A DNA stretch of 64,000 nucleotides from Myxococcales bacterium (GTDB lineage Bacteria > Myxococcota_A > Polyangia > Polyangiales > JAFGIB01), in the NCBI GenBank assembly GCA_050118535.1, contig JASFKR010000006.1:689-64688 (forward strand). Direction: 5' to 3'. Made by a program: the position numbers and the translations under genes. How positions within the stretch are numbered: position 1 is the first letter of the stretch; each line of letters begins with the position of its first letter. The notes beneath the pieces are model-generated. The model worked only from the letters and a program-made list of their open reading frames with translations, ran no database searches and was not told where the DNA came from. Below, piece by piece: positions 7,059-20,179 of the stretch.

Positions 7059-9792
7059 TCAGCGCTTGGCCTCGAGCGGTTCGGTCGGCAGCGGACGCGC
7101 GAGCCCCTCGATGGTTCCGAGCATGGACGCGGCGTGGTTCGCGAACGCCTCGGCCTCGAGCACGATGTCGCCCGGAACGTCCGGCAAATCGTAGGCGAGG
7201 GACTCGTCGTCGCCGAAGCGGCGATCCGGAATCCCTTCGCGGCCGATGAAGTAGCTGGTTCCCCCGGAGAAGCTCTTTTGCTTCTTGTACGCCGACACGT
7301 CGGTCCCGTTGTCTTCGAATACATTGCGTACGAAGATCGCGCGCGACGAGCCCTTGACCGCCACGCCCAGGTCGTTGCGCTTCAGCGAGTTATTCAGCAA
7401 CAACGCGTCCGTCTTCTCTCCGATGCTGATGCCCTTGTCCCCCAGGTCGGCGAAGACGCCGTCTCGTAGGGTGACCGTCGAGTAGCTCACGTCGACGCCG
7501 TCGCCGTTGAGGTCGCCTCCCCCCTGGCCCCGGAAACGACTCGCGTCCACCGTTCCCGTCACGACGTCGAGGTCGAGCTGGTCCGCGAAGTTTTCCTCGA
7601 ACACCGAATTCCGGATGTCGACGCGAGCGTATTTCACGTTCATTCCATCATCGGAGGCGCTGCCGCGAACCTGAACGTCGCGCGCCCGCACCTGGTCGTG
7701 GTGGTACAACGACACCGAGCCTGAGAGGTGCGCCCCGAGTAGATAATCCTCGGATCCGCGGTCGACCCACAGGTGGGCGAGCCGACAGACGCTGCGTCCG
7801 TCACCCACGGCTGCCAGCGTGCCGAACGGGTTGGTGGGGTGGGCGGCGGTCACCGACACCGGTCGTGCCGCGGTTCCCTCGGCGACCAGGGCCCCGCGCA
7901 CCAACAACGAAACGCCGGGCGCCATCCGCAGCGTCGTGCCGGGCCCGATCCGCAGACCGACCCCACGCGGGAGCACCAGGTCCTGCTCCAGCGTGTGCTC
8001 TCCGGCCGGCAGCTCGACCATCCCGTCCTCGTCGGCGACCAGGCCGAGCCCAGGCGCCAGCGCCTTCGCCCGTTCGACCGCGTCCGGCACGTTCACCGGG
8101 GCGTCCACGGCGAGAGCACGCATCCGAGCGTCGGGCGCCTCCAATCGCGTGGGGCGCACCTCGTAGCGCTTTCCCGTGAGGGAAAGTTCGAACGTAATCG
8201 CCTGCTCCGTGCAACCCGTCCCGGGCAGCCGTACGAGGTAGTCCCGGGCGATCCGCTCGAGCTCTCCGTCGAGCCCATCCATCAGATCCAGACGCGACAG
8301 GGAACCTCGCTGGGACGCTACCTCGCCGGCTGCGTCCTCGTGGGTGGCCCACGTGGCGGTCGAGTGCGCAGGCCAGGGGCCCACGATGCGCAACGCGGAA
8401 CGCGCGTGCGGTTCGACCCACAGCCAGCACTCCCCGTCCACTTGCGCGGCCGACACCTGCGGCCGGGCCCCACCCAGCGCCTCGCGCAGACGTGCCATGT
8501 TCTCGCGGACGACGGAAGCTCGCCCCGCGCGCGAGGGGATCGACGGGGGCACCGGTCCGGTCGGATTCCAAAGGCTCCGCACCCAGCCGGGAAGATCCCT
8601 GAACCACGATGCGTCTACCGAGGCGACGCGATGCTCGAACTCGGTCAGCGCCGTGGCGAAGCTCGGTGAGTCGACGAGCTCCTGAATGCGTTCGTACTTC
8701 GCCTGACGCAGGGCATCGTCGCGGCTGAGCAGCTCCCACAGGACGTAGCGAGTCTCGGGCGCGCCGTAGGTCATCCGCTCCAGGACTTCGCGGTCGGCGA
8801 TGCGTCTCTGGAGGATGTCCCGGTGCTGCACCGGATAGAACAGGCCCGCTGCCACGTCGAAGTAGATGAAGTCGTTGCCGATGCCAAAGCCGTGTCCCGA
8901 CGCCCCGACGAGCATCCGGAACGCCTCGAAGCGCGCCATGTATTCGCGGTCGAAGAACTCCGTCACCGCGGATGGATCCCGGTCTTGCATGGCGTCGAGC
9001 AGCGCGCCTCGGCGCCGTCGGATGCTCTCGGCATGGCCGGCCGGAAGCTCGAGATCGGCCAGCCGTTTGCTGAATGCCGACTCCAGCGCCTCCCAGGTTC
9101 GCCGTTGGCCGGTGCCGCTGCGGCTGACGGGCAGCGAAGACTCGTACGTGCCGCTACCCAGGCGAACCCAGGTGGGAACTCCGAGCTCGTCCATGTAGGT
9201 GGAGTTGAGCCGGTATTCGAAGTGGTAGGCCGTCTCGTAGCCGTCTGCGAATCGCACCCGCACCGGATGCGAACGCTGGGTGCGAACCCCGAGGCGCTCG
9301 GCGACGAACCGCACCACGTCCGTTGCCTTCGATATTCGCGGGTAGATCACGAGCGTGAAGCGATTGGCGTGGTGAATCTGCTGACGGTCCGCCAATTTGA
9401 CGCTCAGGGAAACGTCACGTCGGCGCCGGTGCATGAATGGCGTCGCGCCGTGCGCCTTGTACTTCATTCGGTACCAGCGTCCGCCATGGCGCAGCCGCCC
9501 GTGGCGCCAGTCGGTTCAACCACCGGTAGGTCTCGAAGTCGCCCTCACGATCGGCAACGTCGTGCAGGCTCTGGAGGTGGCGTACGTCGTCGACGCCGAG
9601 ATCCAGCTCGATCAGGTCCAGGTCGACCGACGGGTCGAGCGGCTGAATCGGGCGAAACGGCTCCAGCAGAGACAGTGCGAGGCGGGCCGTATCGTGTGGT
9701 CGCGTGCGCGCTGCCACGGTCGCCGCGGCGACGGAGAGCAGCACGAGGGCCAGGGCCCAACCGAGCGTTCGTGGCTTACGCGCAGTCCGCAC
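7059..9792 (-). pseudogene. CotH-kinase-like + right-handed beta-helix secreted protein, split by a frameshift near 9511-9520
   Basis: The signal-peptide ORF 9415-9792 continues in another frame as WRHGRLRHGGRWYRMKYKAHG into ORF 7059-9467; HGFGIGNDFIYFD..YPVQHRD is CotH-like; DDGMNVK, DQLDLD, GDGVDVS and DKGISIGE are beta-helix repeats. Confidence 0.65.
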
Positions 9793-9913
9793 CGTGAGGC
9801 GTCATGTCACCACAAGGACCCGTCACGGGTGCGCGCGAGAGCCTGGCCCGTCGCGAGGCCGAGCGAGTATGACACCGGCACCGGGTCTGCTCCCGAGCCG
9901 TTCCGTTGCGACC

Positions 9914-11926
<2,013 letters not shown>

Positions 11927-11988
11927 TTATCACGCTATGGTCGCCCGCCGTAGCCCTCGACGCCCCCCCCCAAGACCCCCAACGCAGC

Positions 11989-14487
11989 ATGCGCAGAGCG
12001 CCCATATCGGCCCTGCTCGGGCCCGCCCTGGTCCTGTATTTGATCGCGGACGCGGCCGCCGCCCAGGGGCGGCTCGACCCCGTGGGCTCCGTCGTGGCCG
12101 CCCTGGCCGCGCTGCTGTCCTTCGCGCGACTGTCGGTGGGGCGCGGCGCGGAGCTGCCCGGCGGGCGCGCGGCCGGCTGGCTGGGCGTGGCCGTGGGCTT
12201 TGCGCTGGTGCGCGTCGCCGCCCCCCACGCCCTGTCGCTCGCCGTGGATTACGCCGTGGCCCTCGCGACCTGCGCCTGCGCGTGGGTCGTGCTCGACCTG
12301 GCGCTGACGGTGCCGGAGGTGCCCCAGCTCGAGGGCCGGCTGCGCGCGCCGCGGCTGCTGCTGGCCGTGGCCGCCGTCCTGGCGGCGCTCGCCGGCATCG
12401 GCGGCCGCGCGCCGGTCGCCCACGTGATGGGGCGCGCCCTGATCCTGCCCGCCTGGGCCGCCACCGTGCCGGCGGTCGTGCTGGGCGTCGCCCTGCTCGC
12501 GTCGCTCGCGCTGCGGCTGACGCGGCGCAGGCTCGGCAGCAGCCCCGAGGCCCTGGCCGACAACACCTGGGCCGTGCTCGGGCTGATCCCGGCCAGCCTG
12601 GCCATGGGCGCGCTGGGGGCGGCGTGGCTCCTGCGCGCGCCGGTCGATGCCGCGGCGCTGCGCGTGGGTCTCGGGCTGGCCGCAACCGCGCTCGTCTGGG
12701 GTCACCTGCGGCTCGTGGATCCGGGGCGGCGGCTGAGCGTGGGGCGCACCACGCGCGACGCGGTGGCGGGCATCCTCACGCTGGGGATCGTGGCCGCCGC
12801 CGTGGTCGCGGCGCGAGCCCTGTGGCCGTCGACGCCGCTGCCCCTGGGGGCCGCCGTGGTGGGCACGCTGCTGCTCGCGCTGGCCCTGCACCGCGCGCTG
12901 CGGCTCGCGACCCGCGCGCTGCTCGCTCCTCACGCCGGGCGCCTGCTGCAGGCCCTGGCCGCCGGACACGTGCGACTGGCCGAGACGCGCAGCCTGCTGG
13001 ACCTGGGGCGCATCGCCCTGGGCGCGGCGCGCGAGGCCGGTGGCGATCCCATGGCCGAGCCGGTGCTGCACGTCTTCGATCCGGAGCTGGAGCTGCGCAT
13101 CGACGCGGCGGGGCAGGCCCACGCCGCGGCGCTTCCCCTGCATCCGGAGATCGTGGCGCGGCTGCGGGCGCAGCCCGGCGAGATCATCCTCCGCGCGCCG
13201 CTCGAGGCCCAGCTCGTGCGCAAGCCGGTGATGCGCCCGCTGGCCGAGGCCGTGATGGCCCTCGACGCCCTGTGCATCGTGCCCCTGACGCTGGCGGGCG
13301 AGCTGGAGGGCGCGCTGGTGGTGCCCCGGGGGCGACGGCGCGCGGCGCTCAACCTGGAGGAGCTCGAGACGCTGCACCGCTTCGCCAACCACGTGGCCGG
13401 CTATCTGTCGGTGCTGGCGGCCTCCGAGCGCGCCCAGTCCCGGGTGGGCGAGCTGCTGTCGCGGCGCAAGCAGGCCGAGCGCGAGCTCGAGCGCGCACGC
13501 GACGAGCTCGACCGGCTGGGCGCCGAGGCGCGGGCGCTGCGCGCGGGGGGCTCGCTCGAGCGGGCCGAGGCCGAGACCCTGGCCTACAGCGACGCCATGC
13601 GCGCGTTCTGGAGCCGGCTGCGCGCTGCGGCCGCGGTCGAGGTGCCGGTGTGGCTGACCGCCGAACGCGGCGTGCCGGTGGTGGGCTTCGCGCGCGAGCT
13701 GCACCGGCGCGGTAGCCGCGCAGACGCTCCCTTCCTGGTGGGCGCCTGCGGGCAGGTGGCCGAGCAGGACGCCGGGCTGGCGCTCTTCGGTGACGGCAGC
13801 GCCGAGCGGCCCGGCTGGCTGCGCATCGCCGCAGACGGCGTGCTGGCGCTTCAAGACTTGCCGGCCCTGCCGCGTGAGGTGCAGAAGCGTCTCGCCGAGG
13901 CCCTGCGTAGCGGTCGGGCCCAGCCCGAAGGCGAGGCCGAGGCGTTCGAGGTTCGTGCGCGGGTGGTGGCCACGGCCCGCGACAGCATCTCGGAGCTGCT
14001 CGCCGGCGACGGGCTGCTTGCCGAGCTGGGCGAGATCTTCCCGGTCGTGCTGCCGGTGCCGCCCCTGCGCGAGCGCAAGGGCGATCTCCCTTCGCTCACG
14101 CTGGTCGAGCTGGACCGGGCCAGCCGCGTCCTGGGACGAGCCGCGGTGGGCATCGCGCCCGACGCCCAGGCGCGGCTCGACGGCCACGACTGGCCCGGCA
14201 ACCACGAGGAGCTGGCGGTGGTGATCGAGCGGGCCGCCGCGCGCGCCGAGGGACCCCGGGTGACGCGGGCCGATCTTCCGCCCCTGGGCGGCGGCCCGGG
14301 CCACGACGACGGCGAGCACCCGCTCGAGGGCAGCTTCGAGAGCGTGGAGGGCCGGGTGCTGGCGCGCGCCCTACAGCGCGCGGGCGGCAACAAGAGCGAG
14401 GCGGCGCGTCTCCTGGGGCTCAAGCGCACCACCTTCCTCGACAAGCTCAAGCGCCACGGGCTCGACCCGGGCGCCCGGCTGCACTGA
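11989..14487 (+). CDS. Membrane-anchored sigma54 enhancer-binding-type regulator (multi-TM + GAF + degenerate AAA+ + Fis HTH)
   Basis: About 10 hydrophobic segments; PPLRER, WPGN and GNKSEAARLLGLKRTT retained; Walker A/B and GAFTGA degenerate. Confidence 0.8.
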   Translation: MRRAPISALLGPALVLYLIADAAAAQGRLDPVGSVVAALAALLSFARLSVGRGAELPGGRAAGWLGVAVGFALVRVAAPHALSLAVDYAVALATCACAWVVLDLALTVPEVPQLEGRLRAPRLLLAVAAVLAALAGIGGRAPVAHVMGRALILPAWAATVPAVVLGVALLASLALRLTRRRLGSSPEALADNTWAVLGLIPASLAMGALGAAWLLRAPVDAAALRVGLGLAATALVWGHLRLVDPGRRLSVGRTTRDAVAGILTLGIVAAAVVAARALWPSTPLPLGAAVVGTLLLALALHRALRLATRALLAPHAGRLLQALAAGHVRLAETRSLLDLGRIALGAAREAGGDPMAEPVLHVFDPELELRIDAAGQAHAAALPLHPEIVARLRAQPGEIILRAPLEAQLVRKPVMRPLAEAVMALDALCIVPLTLAGELEGALVVPRGRRRAALNLEELETLHRFANHVAGYLSVLAASERAQSRVGELLSRRKQAERELERARDELDRLGAEARALRAGGSLERAEAETLAYSDAMRAFWSRLRAAAAVEVPVWLTAERGVPVVGFARELHRRGSRADAPFLVGACGQVAEQDAGLALFGDGSAERPGWLRIAADGVLALQDLPALPREVQKRLAEALRSGRAQPEGEAEAFEVRARVVATARDSISELLAGDGLLAELGEIFPVVLPVPPLRERKGDLPSLTLVELDRASRVLGRAAVGIAPDAQARLDGHDWPGNHEELAVVIERAAARAEGPRVTRADLPPLGGGPGHDDGEHPLEGSFESVEGRVLARALQRAGGNKSEAARLLGLKRTTFLDKLKRHGLDPGARLH

Positions 14488-14609
14488 GCGGGCCGCTCGC
14501 GGTACGCGGGGGTGTATCCCGCCATCGTATACGCCAAGGCCGGCGACGGCCTTGCGGGGCGTCGAAAGCCGGGTCAGATGATGGGGGACACCTTCCAGGG
14601 GAGGACTCC

Positions 14610-16373
<1,764 letters not shown>

Positions 16374-16426
16374 CCGGGCAAGGACGAGGGCGAGTTCACG
16401 TGCTCTGGAGCCGCCCGACCCCCGCG

Positions 16427-17068
16427 CTACCCCACCTGCGCGAGTGCCGGCTGGGCCGTGTCGGGCATCGCTGCGTCGAGGGCGCGCAGCACGGCGATCG
16501 TCCGGCCGCTTTGCACGTCGAGCACGTAGACGTCCAGATAGCTCTCCACCGTCAGGTCGACCATCGGCGCGAAGAAGATCGGCAGCACCAGCACGCTCGA
16601 CATCACCCAGGCGTTGGGCTCCTCCACGCTGCGGTGGCCGTGGTCGGCGATCACCAGCACGCGGCAGCCCGCGCGGGCGGCCAGCAGCCGCAGCTTCCGC
16701 ACGCTGACGGCGGACGGGCGCTGCACGTAGTCGCGCGCGCGCATCTCTGGTGCCTCGTGCGGGTTGTCATGGTCCAGCGTGATCTGGGCGATTCCGGTGA
16801 CGCCGGGGAGCTTCGCCAGCGTGGGGCGCAGGGCGTCGCCCCGCCTGCGATCGAAGGTGAAATAGGCAACCCGCGCCTGCGCGGGAAGGGGCGCCTCGTC
16901 GGCCTCGGCCTCACCCGCGAGCGCCGCAGCGATCATGGCCTCGCTCACGTCGCCCGCGGGCTCGAGGCTGAAGCCGCGCTCGGCGGCGGGCTGATACGCG
17001 GTCGCACCACACGCGGACACGCACAGCACCGTCGAGACGGAAGCGATGAGTGGGGCGAGCCCGGACAC
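16427..17068 (-). CDS. Hypothetical lipoprotein
   Basis: Lipobox-like VSAC after a hydrophobic stretch; internal hydrophobic segment. Confidence 0.6.
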   Translation of the reverse strand: MSGLAPLIASVSTVLCVSACGATAYQPAAERGFSLEPAGDVSEAMIAAALAGEAEADEAPLPAQARVAYFTFDRRRGDALRPTLAKLPGVTGIAQITLDHDNPHEAPEMRARDYVQRPSAVSVRKLRLLAARAGCRVLVIADHGHRSVEEPNAWVMSSVLVLPIFFAPMVDLTVESYLDVYVLDVQSGRTIAVLRALDAAMPDTAQPALAQVG

Positions 17069-17107
17069 GTGCCGAGGGTAACAAACGCGGCGCTCCGCCG
17101 CCCGTTT

Positions 17108-17994
17108 TCACGCAAGCCGCGACAGGATGGACTCGACCTGCCCCGCGTAGCCTCCGCCAAAGAGGTTGACGTGCACCATCAGCGGGTAGAGCTGGTAGAG
17201 GCCGACGCGCTCGGCGTGGCCGTCGGCCAGCGGGTAGCTCTCGGCGTAGGCGGCGAAGACGCGTCCGGAGAAGCCGCCGAACAGTCGCATCATGGCCAGA
17301 TCGATCTCACGATGGCCGCCGTAGACCGCCGGGTCGATCAGCACGGGCGCGCCGGCCGAGTCGGTCATGGCATTGCCGCCCCACAGGTCGCCGTGCAGCC
17401 GGGCGGGCGGCTCTGGATCGCCGCAGAGCGTTTCGAGCCGCGGCCACAGCCGGGCGAAGCCTTCGCGCATGGCCGCCGTGGCGCTGCCCGCGTCGACCGC
17501 CATGCGCAGCTGAGATTCGAGGCGGCGCGCGCGGTAGAACTCCGGCCAGCCCTCGAGCGGGGCATTTTCCTGGGGCAGCACCGCGATGAAGTTGTCGTGG
17601 TGCAGGCCGAAGGCCTCCGCCCCGGCGCGGTGCAGGGCGGCCAGGCCGCGGCCGAGCTGCTCGTCGTGGCCCCCGGCGCGCCGGCCTGGCTCGATCCACT
17701 CGAGCGCGAGGAAGGCGGGCGCGCCGTCGCCGCCGTCGCCGCAGGCCAGCACCTCAGGCACGCGGATCGCGCCGGCCTCGCCGAGCCAGCGCAGGCCGAC
17801 CGCCTCGGCCGCGAACATCCCCGGGCCGCCGCTCCGCGCGCGGGGCGGGCGCGGATGGCTCTTGACGAAGACGCTGCGGCCATCGTCGAGGGTGGCGCGG
17901 AAGGCGCGGTTGATGTCGCCGCCCGAGACGGGCCGGGCGTCGCGCACGGCCGCGCCGAGCTGGGCGGAGATGGCGCGCGACAGCTCCGCGTCCA

Positions 17995-17995
<1 letters not shown>
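17108..17995 (-). CDS. Fructosamine-3-kinase family protein
   Basis: VSGGDIN, FVK, MFAAEAVGL, DNFI..LPQ, LHGDLWGGN, IDPAVYGGHREIDLAM and VHVNLFGGGY. Confidence 0.93.
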
Positions 17996-18510
<515 letters not shown>

Positions 18511-18519
18511 CCTCTCACC

Positions 18520-20112
18520 TCATTCCTTTTCGTCGTCGCCGACGCTTCCCTCGCCCTCGCCCTCGCCGTCGGCCTGCGTTGCCGGGTCGGGCCCGGTGAC
18601 CAGCACCTTGCTCGCGGGCACGCCGGCCTGCTCGGGCACGATCCCGTGCCAGCCCGCGGGCAGCGCGGGCCAGGTGTGCTCGAAGACCCGGTGGGCGTCG
18701 CGGGGCGCCAGATTCACGCAGCCGTGGGAGCGCTGCAGGCCAAAGCGCTCGTGCCAGAAGGCGCCGTGCAGGGCGATCGAGCCGTCGAAATACTGGGTCC
18801 AGGGCACGTCGTCGATGCTGTAGCGGTCGTCGCCCGCGTCGGGGCCCAGGTCGGCCATGCCGTTGGCCACGTACTTGAGCCGAATGTCGAAGAGCCCGCG
18901 CGGAGTGTCGTGGCCGTCGAGGCCGCTCGACACCAGCGTCGCGTAGACCGGCCGGTCGCCGGTGTAGAGCACCAGCGTCTGCTGCTCCAGGTCCACGTGG
19001 ACCCATGGCTCGTCCTCGCCCACGCCCTTCGGCCGAGCGATCTTCTCGGCCACCGCCACGAACCAGTGCTTGAGGTAGCGGCCGTCCTGCAGCTTGTGAA
19101 GCATGCGCGTGCCCACGCGCTCGCGGCCGGCCCAGGGCAGGATGGTCTGGCGCTCGATGGGCGCCTCGTCCGGGTCGGCGATCATGGCGACGCTGCCGTC
19201 GTCGCGCATGCGCACCGTAAACGGCCGCGCCGTGCGCACCGTCCAGGCCACCGGCAGCTGCTGCTCGTCGCCCAGCTCCACCCCCCGGAAGTCGCTGCCG
19301 TGGCGCTCCTGCAGCTGGGCGAGCTGCACGTAGCTTCCGCGCACCGTGCGGACGAACTTGCGCTCGCGGCGCTCCTCGATGGCGACGCCCGCCACGAAGA
19401 AGCCGCGATCCAGGTAGCGCCGCACCACCTTCGTGCCCTGCACCTCACCCTCGAGCTCGCCGCGCAGGAGCTTGCCGGCGCGCTCCTCGCTCTTGTCGGC
19501 GAGCTCCAGGTAGCGCTCGATGAATTCCTGGGCTACGCGCTGCTCGTCGCGGCTGGGCAGCCGGTGCCACTCCGGCACCTTGGTCTCCTTCACGAAGTAG
19601 TAGCGGTAGGGCAGGGCGGCGTCGCGCGCCGGCGGCACCACCGCGAGGGGCGACTCCGGGGGCGCTTCCCCGATCTCGATGCCCACCCCCGCGCACGCCC
19701 AGCCCTGCGGGTGCACCGCATGCCATCCCGTGGCGCAGGTGCGCGTCTTGACCGGCTCGGGCTTGAGGCGCACCCGCGCCCCCATCCGCAGCCAGCCCAG
19801 CACCTCGGCGTCCGGGTCCGGCTGCTTGCGCACCGAGAGCTGCACCCCCGTCACCAGTCCGTGTAGCGGAAACTCACGGTCGAGCTCCTCCGCCCTCGCG
19901 CGCGCCTCGGAGCCCGATTCCGAGCCCGATCCCGAGCCCGAGCCCGATTCCGAGCCCGATTCCGAGCCCGATTCCGAGCCCGAGCCCGAAACCGGATCCG
20001 AGCCCGAAACCGAATCCGATTCCGAGCCCAAGCCCGTATCCGTGTCCGAGCCCGCGTCGGTGCAGCCGAGCAGCGCGCACAGCATGGGGAGGGCGATGAC
20101 GGGGGGCCGCAT
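18520..20112 (-). CDS. L,D-transpeptidase (YkuD) lipoprotein with SH3-like domain and Ser/Gly/Glu repeat linker
   Basis: LLGC lipobox; ALHGAFWH...SHGCVNL catalytic motif; TLVSSG and TPRG. Confidence 0.9.
   Translation of the reverse strand: MRPPVIALPMLCALLGCTDAGSDTDTGLGSESDSVSGSDPVSGSGSESGSESGSESGSGSGSGSESGSEARARAEELDREFPLHGLVTGVQLSVRKQPDPDAEVLGWLRMGARVRLKPEPVKTRTCATGWHAVHPQGWACAGVGIEIGEAPPESPLAVVPPARDAALPYRYYFVKETKVPEWHRLPSRDEQRVAQEFIERYLELADKSEERAGKLLRGELEGEVQGTKVVRRYLDRGFFVAGVAIEERRERKFVRTVRGSYVQLAQLQERHGSDFRGVELGDEQQLPVAWTVRTARPFTVRMRDDGSVAMIADPDEAPIERQTILPWAGRERVGTRMLHKLQDGRYLKHWFVAVAEKIARPKGVGEDEPWVHVDLEQQTLVLYTGDRPVYATLVSSGLDGHDTPRGLFDIRLKYVANGMADLGPDAGDDRYSIDDVPWTQYFDGSIALHGAFWHERFGLQRSHGCVNLAPRDAHRVFEHTWPALPAGWHGIVPEQAGVPASKVLVTGPDPATQADGEGEGEGSVGDDEKE
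19907..20052 (-). repeat. Imperfect 6/12-bp tandem repeat (CCGATTCCGAGC)n encoding SGSE
   Basis: Visible periodic repeat within the L,D-transpeptidase N-terminus. Confidence 0.85.
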
Positions 20113-20179
20113 GCGAGCACCCTTACTCAAGCGCCCCGGCCGGCTCAAGCCCTGCCAGATGTTCTGCGCGCCTTCCTGG

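Noticed and set aside
9500-9530. Programmed frameshift or selenocysteine recoding in the CotH-like gene
   Set aside because: No slippery sequence seen, and the TGA is not in frame with the upstream signal-peptide ORF
16427-17068. Rhombotarget-type lipoprotein assignment
   Set aside because: Only a vague C-terminal resemblance; cannot be supported without a profile search
19907-20052. Repeat tracts as a CRISPR array
   Set aside because: Short-period tandem units in coding frame, no unique spacers, no cas genes
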